DNA of 64,000 bases from Coleofasciculus sp. B1-GNL1-01 (GCA_040220235.1 JAVJTO010000157.1), one strand, 5' to 3'; shown: positions 28,880 to 40,660, numbered from the stretch's first letter. Notes: generated by a model not told the origin, from the letters alone. A program made the numbers and translations.

Positions 28880-29113
28880 TTATTCATTCATTTCTTGTAA
28901 AGACTGCCAACCTGGTTTCCATAGAGAACGGTCTTTAAGCTGTTTAGCATTCAACCAAAAGCGAACCGTAGGGTCACAAGATGCCACCATTTCAGCAAAC
29001 ACCCATTGACCCTGATTTTTGCGGTTGACCACTTGAAAATGTCGCCAACCCCAGGTTTGTTGCGTTGCTGTCCATTTAGAACCAACCAGATAAGGAAATT
29101 TTTGTTTTGCCAT
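28880..29113 (-). CDS. TIGR02450-like Trp-rich protein
   Basis: GSKWTA..WGWRHFQV..WKPGW. Confidence 0.8.
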   Translation of the reverse strand: MAKQKFPYLVGSKWTATQQTWGWRHFQVVNRKNQGQWVFAEMVASCDPTVRFWLNAKQLKDRSLWKPGWQSLQEMNE

Positions 29114-29301
29114 TAATAATTGGGAAAATATTGACCCTTCACAACCTTCGAGGGCAGTGTGTAGGGGCGGGTTTCACTATTATCGTTTCTTACTTAACCC
29201 AAAGGTAACTAAACCCGCCCCGATCAAGTGTTGAATTAATTTCCCCATCTTCCCCATCTTCCAGACGCGCCATGGCGCGTCTCTACATGCTTCCCCATTC
29301 C

Positions 29302-29904
29302 TTATCCCTTACGCTGAGACAACAGGCGTGCCGCGATGATTCCACCAATAAAGCCAAATAAATGCCCTTCCCAGGATACACCAGGAACCGTTGGTAAAAT
29401 CCCCCAAATTGCGCCTCCATAGAGAAATCCCACGATCAGGGAAAGCAAAATAGAGGGAACATTACGTTGAAAATAACCACGCAATAGCAGAAAACCCAGA
29501 TAGCCAAAAACTAGACCGCTAGCGCCAATGTGAACACCGGGAGAACCCAGCAGCCAAACCCCTAAACCGCTAACCACCATGGTGATGGCGGTGACAATAA
29601 AAAAGTCGCTGGTTTCTTGTAACATGACAAACCAGCCGAGGGTGAGAAAGGGAACCGTATTAGCAATTAGGTGAGGTAAACCCCCATGCAGAAACGGGGC
29701 AAATAGGATACCCCTTAACCCAATAATTGTCCGGGGAAAAATACCATAACGGTTGAGTGCGCCTTGGAAAATAATTAAATCAATGAGTTCCAAACCCCAC
29801 ATCACCGCGACGAGTCCGCCTAAAATGGTAGCCTGGTTTTTGACTTCACGGGCAAGGGCTTGGGTTTCCTGACGGACAAGTTTTCGGGTTTCCCGGTTAC
29901 TCAT
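29302..29904 (-). CDS. Rhomboid intramembrane serine protease
   Basis: PFLHGG..HL..N, GASG, SWEGHLFG. Confidence 0.92.
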   Translation of the reverse strand: MSNRETRKLVRQETQALAREVKNQATILGGLVAVMWGLELIDLIIFQGALNRYGIFPRTIIGLRGILFAPFLHGGLPHLIANTVPFLTLGWFVMLQETSDFFIVTAITMVVSGLGVWLLGSPGVHIGASGLVFGYLGFLLLRGYFQRNVPSILLSLIVGFLYGGAIWGILPTVPGVSWEGHLFGFIGGIIAARLLSQRKG

Positions 29905-29989
29905 GGCTGGATTCTCTGAGATAAATTGTTGAGTATTAATGGTTCTAGGTTAGCAATTTCCTGTGACATCCTCCGATAGCAATCCTAGG

Positions 29990-30155
29990 GAAGGGCGGGT
30001 TTTGTTGTTCCGTTATCGGTGAGAAGGGGCGGGTTTTGTTGTTCCGTTATTGGTGAGAAGGGCGGGTTTTGTTGTTCCGTTATCGGTGAGAAGGGCGGGT
30101 TTTGTTGTTCCGTTATTGGTGGATATCTGAATTTAGTCCCTAAACCCGCCCCTAC
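29990..30155. repeat. GGGCGGGTTT inverted-repeat element with one arm amplified 4 x ~33 bp
   Basis: GAAGGGCGGGTTTTGTTGTTCCGTTAT(C/T)GGTGA x4, then the closing arm AAACCCGCCCCTAC. Confidence 0.9.
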
Positions 30156-30181
30156 AGTTGAATTTCCCGATAAAATAGGGG

Positions 30182-32119
30182 TTAAAAATTGTCGATCGCG
30201 ACGGGTTCGATGGGTTCGGCTAACTCAAACCCGAATATCCGCGAATAAAAGTATAACTCGGCTTCTAAGGTGCGCTTGATGTTCTCCGCCCGTCGGAATC
30301 CATGCTGTTCTTCGGGGTAGGTGATGTATGCTACGGGTAATCCCTTTGCTTTTAACGCCTCCACCATCGTCTCGGCTTGGTTGGGGGGAACCACTTTATC
30401 CTCTAACCCTTGGAAGAAAATCACCGGACAGGACAATTTGTCGGTAAAATGAATCGGCGATCGCGCTTTGTATAAGTCTTGGCGTTCTGGATAAGCACCA
30501 ATTAACCCATCCAGGTAACGGGATTCAAATTTATGGGTATCGGTGGCTAGGGTTTCCAAGTCACTGACGCCGTAATAACTCGCCCCGGCTTTAAATACAT
30601 CTCGGAAAGTAAGGGCGGCTAAGGTAGTATACCCCCCAGCGCTACCCCCTGCGATCGCTAACCGTTCTCCATCCACAAATCCTTGTTCCGCCAAATACTT
30701 TGCACCATTGGCGCAGTCATCGACATCCACAATTCCCCATTGATTCTGGAGGCGTTGGCGATAGTCGCGTCCATACCCTGTACTTCCGCCATAATTAACA
30801 TCTAAGAAGGCAAAGCCGCGACTTGTCCAATATTGAATTTTTAGATTAAACGTACTGGATGTGGATGCAGTGGGTCCACCGTGACTTTTGACAATCAGGG
30901 GCGGTTTCTCCGTTTCGGGTGCTTGATAGTCTTTATTTTGCGGGGGATAGAAGAAGCCGTAAGCCGTTTTACCGTTTTCGGTGGGAAATGTGATCGCTTC
31001 GGGGATGGAGAGATATCCTTTATCTATGTCTAATGTTGTCGATTGACGCAGAACCTCTATCTGTTGGCTAGCTACGTCCATCTGTACCACGGCGGTGGGT
31101 TCGGTGGCGGAACCACCAATAAAGACGACGCGATCCTCTGTCGCTTGCACCGATGAAATACTGGTATAAGGGGTTTCAATCGGGTTTAATTTCTTCGTTT
31201 GTAAATCGATACTCCCTAAGCGCCATCGACCTTGGACAGTATAAGCACAGATTAGGCGATCGCGGGATGAAATGCCATAAGTAGACATCCCAAACACCCA
31301 TTGAGGAAGACCAAATTCCGCCTCCATTTCACACACAGGTTCTATCCCTTGCTGATTCCACCGATAAAAATTCCACCACCCTGTCCGATCTGAAACAAAG
31401 TATAATGAACCATCAGCAGACCATTCAGGTTTAAAGATTGACTCGTCAACCCCACCTGCAATACATTTAGATTCACCTAATACTCCATTCCCTTGAATCG
31501 GCGCTACCCACAGTTGCGTCCCATCCCATGGCATATTGGGATGATTCCATGTCAACCAGGCTAACTGAGAACCATCTGGACTTAATCGAGGTGAGGCGTA
31601 GAAGTCATGTCCGGAAGCGATAATTTGGATATCGTCACGATTATTTAGCGAAATACTGACTAAGGTGTTAACGGGTTCTGCACCCTCACTACTGTGATCT
31701 TCCCGCACACAAATCAGCCGTTGTCCCTGGGAATCAATTACCATATCCGCATAACGCAGAGACTTTCCTGACTCTGGGGTGATGGGTTGAGGTTCTGCAT
31801 CACCTGTCTGTTGGTAAAGGCGCTGATCCTGATAATTGGCAAAATACATAATCCCATCCTTGACCGTATAAGCACCACCACCATATTCATGAACGCGAGT
31901 ACGCACATTAAACGGAGAGGGGGTAATATCTGCGATCGCGCCATTCCCTTGACGTCGTACAATCACATTACGTCCGGCTTCCATGGGTCGTGCTTCGATC
32001 CAGTAGGTATCCGTACCATCTAGGGCAATACTCCCCAAACCAATCGTACCCGCCACAATGAGTTCGGCGGCGATGGGAGAGTTCCAGGAACCGTAGGGAG
32101 AGATTTGCGGTTGAGTCAT
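30182..32119 (-). CDS. S9 family peptidase
   Basis: PYGSW N-terminus, HGGPT, GGSAGG, EDKVV, EQHGF. Confidence 0.93.
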   Translation of the reverse strand: MTQPQISPYGSWNSPIAAELIVAGTIGLGSIALDGTDTYWIEARPMEAGRNVIVRRQGNGAIADITPSPFNVRTRVHEYGGGAYTVKDGIMYFANYQDQRLYQQTGDAEPQPITPESGKSLRYADMVIDSQGQRLICVREDHSSEGAEPVNTLVSISLNNRDDIQIIASGHDFYASPRLSPDGSQLAWLTWNHPNMPWDGTQLWVAPIQGNGVLGESKCIAGGVDESIFKPEWSADGSLYFVSDRTGWWNFYRWNQQGIEPVCEMEAEFGLPQWVFGMSTYGISSRDRLICAYTVQGRWRLGSIDLQTKKLNPIETPYTSISSVQATEDRVVFIGGSATEPTAVVQMDVASQQIEVLRQSTTLDIDKGYLSIPEAITFPTENGKTAYGFFYPPQNKDYQAPETEKPPLIVKSHGGPTASTSSTFNLKIQYWTSRGFAFLDVNYGGSTGYGRDYRQRLQNQWGIVDVDDCANGAKYLAEQGFVDGERLAIAGGSAGGYTTLAALTFRDVFKAGASYYGVSDLETLATDTHKFESRYLDGLIGAYPERQDLYKARSPIHFTDKLSCPVIFFQGLEDKVVPPNQAETMVEALKAKGLPVAYITYPEEQHGFRRAENIKRTLEAELYFYSRIFGFELAEPIEPVAIDNF

Positions 32120-32653
32120 CGTTAATTCGATTATGCCGTCGTTCGTTAATTTTACCGACTTCACATACTTCACGACACGATCACTTAGAGTATTACGCAG
32201 ATTATGATTATATTGGTAAGGCAGGTTTTTGGGGAATTAGCGACGTTTCCGTTAACTCTCCTCAATTCAAGGATTTTAAGTACCATCCCCAAATTAGGTA
32301 AATATACCTAGCATAACACTCGATTTATGAAGCTTTGATGAAGTCAAGGGCTTTTTGTATAAAGATTCAGTAAAGATACGGAAAATCTCTTTCCAAAAAA
32401 ATAAATTAGCGATAAAGTTACAGACAAGAAAGGAGTTAGTAGCTATCTCGATGTAGAGAGTGGGTGGACGTTTAAATAGTTAGTGCTTGATCCAATTAAT
32501 GGAAGCCACTGATACCAACATTTGTAGGTATCGAGGTAATCAAACCCTATCTTTGACCGCCTGCTTTATTAAGATTCTGTAATTTTATCTAGGCTCATAC
32601 TAACTCACTTTGTTAACTTGTGTCAACTTTAGCCGAATTTGGAGATATATAGT

Positions 32654-33367
32654 ATGAACCGTCAAAGTGCATTCGCCGTTGCCTGTGCCGTTAGCGCTAC
32701 CACAGTGTTGGGAGTTGTGGCAAGTCCAGCTGGGGCACTTACGCTAGGAGAACCCATTATTGTTGGAGAGAAGAAGTTTACCTTCACTGAGTGCTTTATT
32801 GTTCGTGGTGGTAATCAAAATGTCAGTCCTGGCAGTTGTGATGATATTGGCATATTACCAATTTTAGGAGAGCATCAAGGTATCTCAATTCGATCTCCCT
32901 TTATTGCTTTTGATGATTCCTCTATCGATGTTTCATTGGAATACATTTTAGAAAAGGCAGACCCAGATTCCGATAGTTTGTTCACCGATGCCAAACTATT
33001 TTTTAATGGGGCATTTACCGGTCCTGGACTCACAAACGTGACTGAAACTTTCTTTGATGCTGATACGGATGAAGTTATTGGACAATTTGGAGTAACCAAT
33101 CCTCCACCAGACTTAATGGACCCTCCCCTAGAAACAGTATTTCCTTTTGGAGGAGATGTACCCTTCAGCAAACACGTAGCAAAAGTTAAAGTTAAGAAAG
33201 ATATCGGACTGGTAGCCTTTGAGGGCGCCCAAGCAAATATTTCGATTATCGATCAAACCTTCAAGCACAAAGACGTACCCGAACCTGGTACAGTGACTGG
33301 CTTACTCGCCATCGGTTCCTTAAGCGTCGGCGCAATGTTGAAGCGGCACTTTGGCAAGAAAGCCTAA
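32654..33367 (+). CDS. PEP-CTERM surface protein
   Basis: GGAG RBS, signal peptide, VPEPG + TM + basic tail. Confidence 0.85.
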   Translation: MNRQSAFAVACAVSATTVLGVVASPAGALTLGEPIIVGEKKFTFTECFIVRGGNQNVSPGSCDDIGILPILGEHQGISIRSPFIAFDDSSIDVSLEYILEKADPDSDSLFTDAKLFFNGAFTGPGLTNVTETFFDADTDEVIGQFGVTNPPPDLMDPPLETVFPFGGDVPFSKHVAKVKVKKDIGLVAFEGAQANISIIDQTFKHKDVPEPGTVTGLLAIGSLSVGAMLKRHFGKKA

Positions 33368-33867
33368 ACTGAATATCTAGGCTACACGCACCAAATCTAA
33401 TCATTCAGTAGCTGAAACAGTAGCTGAAATTTTGCCGCCGTCAACCACCCAGTTGGTAGGGCGGATTTTTCTTGGCTGTCAATGTTTTGGCAACATCTGT
33501 AGGGGCGACCCGCTGTATTAAAATAGGAGAACCAACCTATCAATTTGATCGGGTCGCCCGACCCATGATACCGTCAATTCAAGACTAATAATCTTGGGGT
33601 TGCCCCTGAAAAAAATTCACACAGGCAACCCATTCATCTTATCGCGGGAACCCGGCATCAAGTATCAAAAATAATTGAACACCATCTAGATTTAGACTAG
33701 GGCGAGTCGAGACAGGTTAATTGTCACACCTCAATAGTTGCTCAGCGACTCGCCCCTACAACCGCGAACCCGATAATTCCCACAACCGCGATCGCGTCTT
33801 GGATCGGGTTATGGTTGAAAAGGTGAACTTCGCCAAATCCTCCCAGCCCGATCGCCAATCACTCTTG

Positions 33868-35445
33868 ATGGATATTAATCAGTTACTCCTCTGGATTGTC
33901 TGCACCTCCTGCATTCTGAACATTATCGTCGGAATTCGCCGTGCTAGTATTTCGGATTCAGCCGTGTATATCCGTAGCTGGATGCTTGTTTCTGGTTTAG
34001 TATTAGCCACAACAGGTGTCTTATATGTCCTCACTCCAGAGAATGCAGGCTGGATTGGTGGGGGGTTATGGGGGTTGTTGATCTTAATGCCGATTCTGGG
34101 GTTTAGACTCATGAATCAACTGGCATATCAGGAACGCTTTGGTGCAGCTAGCCGACTGGGTAAACTCCTGTGTTGGCTACACCCCGCCCAAAATTGGCGT
34201 CAATTTGCTGAATTGTTGGACACCCTGGAACAATTGAAGCAGGGTTCAACTACTGAAGCCACGGCGATTATTAACCGCTACAAAACCACCAATCGTCCTC
34301 TGGTGCGACATACCATTGCCACTCTCTATAAAATGGAGGCACGTTGGCAAGAGTTGCGGGAGTGGATTGAAACCAACGTATCACAGACCGCCCTGGAACA
34401 TGATCCCAGTCTAATCCTGTACTACCTGAGAGCGTTGGCAGAGATGGGGGACTTAAATCATTTGCTCACCCAAGTTGATCGATTTGAACGTATCTTAGAA
34501 CGGAGCGATCGCGGCATCAATCAGAGTCAAGCTTATTTATTTGCCTTTGCCTTTTGCGGTCAAAAAGCCCAGGTCGTACAATTACTCACTGGACCTTTAG
34601 CATTTTATCCAAAGTACATTCGCCAATTTTGGCTGGCTACAGCAGATTGGGCGGCGGGAGACGTAGAGGAAGCACGTCAGCAACTGTCGGCTATTTCTAA
34701 CCGCCATACTGGACTCTACCGCCATGCGATTCAAGCTCGTTTATCCCAGTCACCTGTTAACCCTGATGCTGTTTTGACTCCATATTCTCAGCAGATTTTA
34801 GCGCGACTTACACTCAATCTCCAACATCAGATGCGATACGGTTCCAGAGAACGGTTTCTAGGTTCTAGAGCCTATACAACTTGGGCAATTATTGGATTAA
34901 ACCTGATTGTATTTGGATTGGAAATTCACTTTGGTGGAAGTGAAAATCCGCAAGTTTTATACAAACTTGGAGCCTTAGTACCAGAGGAAGTTCTCGACGG
35001 TGCTTGGTGGCGGTTATTAACCTCAACATTTTTGCACTTTGGATTTCTGCATCTATTAATGAATATGCTGGGTCTGTATATCCTTGGACCCTTTGTCGAA
35101 TATGCGCTCTCTGGGTGGCGATATTTGCTGCTTTACCTCAGTTGTGGTGTTGGTTCGATGTTTGTGGTATCTCTAGCCACTCATTTCGGATATTCTGAGG
35201 CACAATTTGTGGTTGGGGCATCCGGTTCCGTGATGGGGATTGTGGGCGCAACTGCAGCTATTTTACTTCAAGGATGGCGGCGCGAAAAATCGCGTTTAGC
35301 CTCTCGTCGTTTACGGTTTATTTTATTTATTATTGCCTTTCAAGTTATCTTTGACTTATCAATTCCTCAAGTCAGTGTCACGGGTCACACATCAGGCTTA
35401 ATTATCGGTTTTTTGGTTGGGAGTATACTAAGTCATAAATCATAA
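33868..35445 (+). CDS. Rhomboid protease with N-terminal TM and helical-repeat region
   Basis: WWRLL..FLH..HLLMN, GASG, GH; start uncertain. Confidence 0.88.
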   Translation: MDINQLLLWIVCTSCILNIIVGIRRASISDSAVYIRSWMLVSGLVLATTGVLYVLTPENAGWIGGGLWGLLILMPILGFRLMNQLAYQERFGAASRLGKLLCWLHPAQNWRQFAELLDTLEQLKQGSTTEATAIINRYKTTNRPLVRHTIATLYKMEARWQELREWIETNVSQTALEHDPSLILYYLRALAEMGDLNHLLTQVDRFERILERSDRGINQSQAYLFAFAFCGQKAQVVQLLTGPLAFYPKYIRQFWLATADWAAGDVEEARQQLSAISNRHTGLYRHAIQARLSQSPVNPDAVLTPYSQQILARLTLNLQHQMRYGSRERFLGSRAYTTWAIIGLNLIVFGLEIHFGGSENPQVLYKLGALVPEEVLDGAWWRLLTSTFLHFGFLHLLMNMLGLYILGPFVEYALSGWRYLLLYLSCGVGSMFVVSLATHFGYSEAQFVVGASGSVMGIVGATAAILLQGWRREKSRLASRRLRFILFIIAFQVIFDLSIPQVSVTGHTSGLIIGFLVGSILSHKS

Positions 35446-35622
35446 ACATGCCCTCGAAGGTGATGAAGGGTCAATTGTAGGGGCGGGTTTAGCCACTCGA
35501 ACAAGCTTGTTACCAATAACTGACCAACAAAACCCGCCCTTACTCAAATCTTGCGCTACTCCCCCAGCCACCAAGCTAAAATCAAACAACGACTTTCATC
35601 TCGTGGGGCGCAACTAAGTTTG

Positions 35623-36411
35623 ATGAAATTGCTGATCAGCAACGATGACGGAATTTTTGCCTTGGGGATTCGCACCTTGGCTGATACACTGGCACAAGCG
35701 GGTCATGATGTTACCGTCGTTTGTCCAGATCGAGAGCGATCGGCAACGGGTCACGGTTTAACCCTCCATGATCCCATTCGCGCCGAAGCAGTTGATACGA
35801 TTTTTCACCCGGCGGTTAAAGCTTGGTCTTGTTCTGGAACTCCCTCCGATTGTGTAAAGTTAGCATTGGGAGCCTTAATTGATAGTCCTCCCGATTTTGT
35901 CCTATCTGGGATTAACCACGGTTCTAACTTAGGAACTGATATCCTTTACTCTGGCACGGTTTCCGCCGCCATGGAAGGGGTTTTAGAAGGAATTCCCAGT
36001 ATTGCCTTCAGTCTGACTAGCTACACGTCAAAGGAGTTTCATGTTGCAGCCACGTTCGCCAAAAGCCTGATTGAGCGACTCTCTGGTACACCCCTAGCCA
36101 AAGTCATGTTACTTAATGTTAATGTACCGCCTGTGAGTCAGGCGGAAATTGCTGGGGTTAAGGTTACCCGCCAAGGAATTCGTCGTTATTTCGACACCTT
36201 TGAGAAACGAGTTGATCCACGGGGTAAAACCTATTATTGGTTAGCGGGTGAAGTGATTGAAGATATAGAACAACCCCCCCATTCCCATCTTCCCCCCGAT
36301 TTAGCTACCGATGTTCAAGCAATTAAGGAAAACTATATTGCCATTACCCCCCTGCAATACAACCTGACGGATATTGCTGGCGTCTCTAGTTTGCAGAGTA
36401 TAGAGTTTTAA
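35623..36411 (+). CDS. surE: 5'/3'-nucleotidase SurE
   Basis: [28 protein letters not shown]. Confidence 0.96.
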   Translation: MKLLISNDDGIFALGIRTLADTLAQAGHDVTVVCPDRERSATGHGLTLHDPIRAEAVDTIFHPAVKAWSCSGTPSDCVKLALGALIDSPPDFVLSGINHGSNLGTDILYSGTVSAAMEGVLEGIPSIAFSLTSYTSKEFHVAATFAKSLIERLSGTPLAKVMLLNVNVPPVSQAEIAGVKVTRQGIRRYFDTFEKRVDPRGKTYYWLAGEVIEDIEQPPHSHLPPDLATDVQAIKENYIAITPLQYNLTDIAGVSSLQSIEF

Positions 36412-36502
36412 GTCATTTAGACAGGGCGGGTTTAGTGACATTAGAGTGGGCAAAAAACGATAGTAGTAAAACCCGCCCCTACATATAAAACTCTTTTCTA
36501 GC

Positions 36503-36717
36503 TAGGGCTTGCTGCACAACTCCCAAACCCTTAGCTATCAAGGCTTTGAGTGGTATTGATATTTGCTCCTGTTCAAGGAAAAAGGGTTAAACCCTTTTAT
36601 ACCCTTGCACCGCTATCAGGGAAAATGTACTATGGCTCCCCCAGCTCCCCCAGCTCCCCCCGCTTCCCCTGCTTCCCCTGCTCCCTACCCCCACCACAAT
36701 TTATTCAGCAAGCCCTA
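36503..36717. mobile_element. MITE-like element with 12-bp TIRs TAGGGCTTGCTG/CAGCAAGCCCTA
   Basis: Perfect terminal inverted repeat; internal 9-bp tandem repeats. Confidence 0.6.
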
Positions 36718-36719
36718 AT

Positions 36720-36947
36720 TTATTGGGGCGTTTTCTGCAACTCCGGTCGCTCTTCCGGAACGATCGCGCCTTCTACAGGACAGACCTGTAAACATATACC
36801 ACAATCGATGCAGGTATCGAAATCAATCCAATACCAGTCTGTCCCCTTGACATTTTTGCCGGGACCTGGGTGAATGCAAGCAACTGGACAAGCATCGACG
36901 CAATCTGCAACCCCTTCGCAGGTTTCCGTAACAATAGTGTGAGACAC
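36720..36947 (-). CDS. Small bacterial-type Fe-S ferredoxin
   Basis: [12 protein letters not shown] and [12 protein letters not shown]. Confidence 0.93.
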   Translation of the reverse strand: MSHTIVTETCEGVADCVDACPVACIHPGPGKNVKGTDWYWIDFDTCIDCGICLQVCPVEGAIVPEERPELQKTPQ

Positions 36948-37052
36948 GCTATTCCCTCTCGTAGTTACATGACATTGAGAGATGATCCCCCATGGGTTTT
37001 ATGTTACTGCATTATCGGCAAGGAATCCATGTATCTCAACACCAATCAACGA

Positions 37053-37244
37053 TTATAGTGTGCCGTTTATTGCTCCACCTTTTCCCCGACAATTCGCCAA
37101 ATAGGAATGAATAAGACTTGCTTCGGGTGTATCTTTGACTTCTCGACGAGTTTTGATCAGGAAGCCACCAATGACATAAGCCGCAAATAAGAGTGCGATT
37201 CCGATGACAACCTGAAGCACGATATTACTAGGGCGTTTTTTCAT
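37053..37244 (-). CDS. Small single-TM hypothetical protein
   Basis: Basic N-terminus followed by one hydrophobic helix. Confidence 0.45.
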   Translation of the reverse strand: MKKRPSNIVLQVVIGIALLFAAYVIGGFLIKTRREVKDTPEASLIHSYLANCRGKGGAINGTL

Positions 37245-37394
37245 AGCCGATTAAGTTTGAACATCTTTTGCAGGGGTTTCCTGTTGATAAGAAGTCAGTA
37301 GAAACGTTCCGCCAGAACGTCTGTATCAAGCATGTCCTCTTGTCGCAATGAAGGAGCAATTTTCGGGGCGGGTTTATCGGTTTAATTCGGTATC

Positions 37395-37639
37395 TAAGCG
37401 GTTCGGCATTTAAACCTTAATGTCAATCATGGCTCTCATCCTTGTAGTGCGTTTAGCGAAGCCATGCCGCAGGCTTTAGCGAAGCCATGCCGCAGGCTTT
37501 GCATCTTGCTCGCTACTAATATCCAATTTACAGCGCTTTTCACGTTTATGGAATACAAAATTGTATCGGCTTGCTTGTCAGCGCAATCATCGTCTGTAGT
37601 CTACTAACTTGAAAACTGCTGTAAATGCATGACAGCTTA
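37395..37639. mobile_element. TAAGCxGT-terminated MITE carrying a nested 91-bp MITE (37531-37621)
   Basis: Reverse-orientation relative of 49032-49241; inner element has 10/12 TIRs and is flanked by duplicated TA. Confidence 0.75.
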
Positions 37640-38056
37640 CCGATCACCTCTCAACCAAACCCAGCCCTGCTTCCAGACGTGTCATGGAACGCCTGCCCCC
37701 ACCATATCGCTCGATCTATTGGCGTCTGGCTGTAACTGGGTGCAGAATGATTGAAGGGCAATCCTCAACTCAGCCAGCAGAAGTCCCTCTGGTCATGGGG
37801 TGAGGAGGGCAGAAGGATGAGACAATAGAGGTAATAGTGCATGACAAAGCATATAAAACAAATAATAACTCAGACAGATAAATTTATCTAAAATTGAGAT
37901 TGGTCTAAACTAACTGAAAACGGAAGCGTTTTTCAACGTTCACCGATATCGCTGCGCTTATTTGTTTTAAATCTCCCGACTGAAACAGTCAACCAGACGT
38001 GCATGAGCGTGCGTCTGACAGCCAGAGCAAAAAGTAGCTGCTCAACAGCGAATACT

Positions 38057-40660
38057 ATGACACTGTCTAATGCCGGTAGCGTTCTTGCTACATTGACCCA
38101 GTTAACCCAACTCAATCGCACGAGCGTTTTAACTCATCGAGTTAAAGACCTATCCCTTCCCGAATTTATCTGCTTACTGGACTTCATCACCGCCGAATTT
38201 CAGCAATTTCTGCGGGCGCTGGAAATGATTAACCATGAAGCGCTAGAAACCATGCTGGAGCAGGTGATGGAGGCGTTTACCCTAAAAATCGGTCAACTCC
38301 TACAAGCTGAGCGTACTACTATCTTCCTCGTTGATGGTGACAAAGACCAGCTTTGGGCAAAAATTCCCTCGGGTGAGGACAACGCCGCCAAGGAGGTTCG
38401 CATTCCCCTAAATGTGGGTTTAGCGGGTCATGTGGCGACGACAGGCGAATCACTCAATATCACCGAAGCCTATAACCATCCACTGTTTAATCCTGAAGTT
38501 GACGAATCTCCGGGCTATCATACCAATTCACTCTTGTGTATGCCCATTGTCAGTAGCAATAAAAAGATTGTCGCTGTCGTGCAGTTGTTGAATAAAGCGG
38601 GGGGTGTCCCGTTTGACGAAGAAGATGAACAGCGCTTCCGTGACTTTGCCGCCTCGATTGGCATTATCCTGGAAACCTGTCAATCGTTCTATATGGCAGC
38701 CCGTAACCAACGTGGTGCAGCCGCCCTCTTGAAGGCAACCCAGTACCTGGGTCAAAGTTTAGACCTAGAAGCCACACTGCGTCTAGTTATGGATCAAGCG
38801 CGGGAGTTAATGCAAGCCGACCGCTCTACCTTATTTATGCTCAGTAAAGATGATGGGGAACTGTGGAGTAAGGTCGCCACGGCTGATGGCAAAGAGATGG
38901 TGGAAATCCGAATCTCAGCCAATCGGGGAATTGCTGGATATGTAGCGTCTACGGGTCAACCGTTGAATATTGCCGATGCCTATAAAGATCCTCGCTTTGA
39001 TCCAACGACGGACAAAAAAACAGGCTATGTCACCCGTAATATTCTCTGTATGCCTGTCTTCAATTCGGGTGGCGAATTAATTGGTGTGACTCAATTGATT
39101 AATAAGAATCAAGGCAGCTTCACTACCTCCGACGAAGAGTTTATGCGGGCATTTAATATTCAAGCGGGAATTGCTCTAGAGAATGCCAAACTTTTTGAAA
39201 ATGTTCTGATCGAAAAGCAATATCAAAAAGATATCTTGCAAAGCCTTTCTGATGCGGTTATTTCTACCGATATGCAGGGACGAATTGTGACAATTAATGA
39301 TGCGGCGTTAGGATTACTGGGATGTCCCTTACAACAACTCGACAATCGCAACCGTCAGTTGTGGGAAGAAAAACTTACCAATCGCTATGTCTGGGATGTT
39401 GTACCCATTGAACATCTGCAATTCCGCTTACAAGACAGCCTAACTACGGGGGCGAAGCATTACCTTCCTGAACAAAATTTAATGGTTGGTCTGTTCCAAT
39501 GTCCCCTGGAAGAGATAGAAATACCCAATACTCCCCCCTATTGCCAATCCCATGATGATACTCATCTTTATCTCCTAGCTATTCCCAAAAGCGATGACCC
39601 AAAAATCTATAGTTTGTGGAATGAAGATTCTGATAATTCTGGGGGTTTAGGTTACCTGTCTAAACAGCAAGTTCAACCTATTGAACGGAGTATTAATTTA
39701 ACAGTTAATCCGCTAACCAATCCCCAAGGAATGGTGCGAGGGGGTCTGGTTGTATTAGAAGATATTAGTCGAGAAAAGCGGCTGAAAACAACCATGTATC
39801 GCTACATGACTCCAGAGGTGGCGGATGAAGTCTTAGCCTTAGGTGAAGATGCGCTGATGCAGGGGAGTAAAAAGGATGTCACTATTTTATTTTCAGATAT
39901 TCGGGGGTATACGACTTTAACCGAAAATTTGGGAGCGTCGGAAGTTGTATCGCTACTGAATAAATACTTTGAAACAATGGTCGAATCGGTATTTGAGCAT
40001 AAAGGCACCTTAGATAAATTTATTGGTGATGCACTGATGGCAGTTTTTGGCGCTCCCTTGGCGTTAAAAGAAAATCATGGCTGGATGGCGGTTCAATCTG
40101 CCTTAGATATGCGGTGGCGTTTAGCCAAGTTTAATGAACCTCGGATGCGAAATCGCCAACCTTTAATTCATATTGGGATTGGAATTAGTTCGGGAGAAGT
40201 GGTGTCAGGTAATATTGGTTCCCATAAACGCATGGACTACACGGTTATCGGAGATGGCGTGAACCTCAGCGCCCGCCTGGAAAGTATTACGAAAGAGTAC
40301 GGTTGCGATATTATCATTAGTGAATATACCTATAACCTCTGTCGTCATAATGTTTGGGTGCGGGAACTGGATAAAATCCGCGTGAAGGGGAAAAACCAAG
40401 CGGTCAGCATTTATCATTTGATTCAAGATATCGATACCCCTCTTAATGATAACACCCACAAATTTTTAGACCTGTATGCTAAAGGGCGTCAGGCATACAT
40501 AAGTCGCGACTTCTCGAAGGCAATTGTTTATTTTGAACAAGCCTATCAACTTGAACCTAATGATAAGCCAGTTTTGATTCATATTGAACGGGCTAAACAT
40601 TATCAGAATAATCCTCCTCCCGATTATTGGGATGGCGTTCATACGATGACTAGAAAATAG
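38057..40660 (+). CDS. Class III adenylate/guanylate cyclase, GAF-GAF-PAS-cyclase (CyaB1-like)
   Basis: Tandem GAF domains with NK..F...DE motifs; FSDIRGYT, DKFIGDA, DYTVIGDGVNLSARLE. Confidence 0.93.
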   Translation: MTLSNAGSVLATLTQLTQLNRTSVLTHRVKDLSLPEFICLLDFITAEFQQFLRALEMINHEALETMLEQVMEAFTLKIGQLLQAERTTIFLVDGDKDQLWAKIPSGEDNAAKEVRIPLNVGLAGHVATTGESLNITEAYNHPLFNPEVDESPGYHTNSLLCMPIVSSNKKIVAVVQLLNKAGGVPFDEEDEQRFRDFAASIGIILETCQSFYMAARNQRGAAALLKATQYLGQSLDLEATLRLVMDQARELMQADRSTLFMLSKDDGELWSKVATADGKEMVEIRISANRGIAGYVASTGQPLNIADAYKDPRFDPTTDKKTGYVTRNILCMPVFNSGGELIGVTQLINKNQGSFTTSDEEFMRAFNIQAGIALENAKLFENVLIEKQYQKDILQSLSDAVISTDMQGRIVTINDAALGLLGCPLQQLDNRNRQLWEEKLTNRYVWDVVPIEHLQFRLQDSLTTGAKHYLPEQNLMVGLFQCPLEEIEIPNTPPYCQSHDDTHLYLLAIPKSDDPKIYSLWNEDSDNSGGLGYLSKQQVQPIERSINLTVNPLTNPQGMVRGGLVVLEDISREKRLKTTMYRYMTPEVADEVLALGEDALMQGSKKDVTILFSDIRGYTTLTENLGASEVVSLLNKYFETMVESVFEHKGTLDKFIGDALMAVFGAPLALKENHGWMAVQSALDMRWRLAKFNEPRMRNRQPLIHIGIGISSGEVVSGNIGSHKRMDYTVIGDGVNLSARLESITKEYGCDIIISEYTYNLCRHNVWVRELDKIRVKGKNQAVSIYHLIQDIDTPLNDNTHKFLDLYAKGRQAYISRDFSKAIVYFEQAYQLEPNDKPVLIHIERAKHYQNNPPPDYWDGVHTMTRK

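Noticed and set aside
29990..30121. CRISPR-like array
   Set aside because: Units are contiguous near-identical copies with no unique spacers, and no cas genes are present; the same applies to 28072-28151 and 49063-49191.
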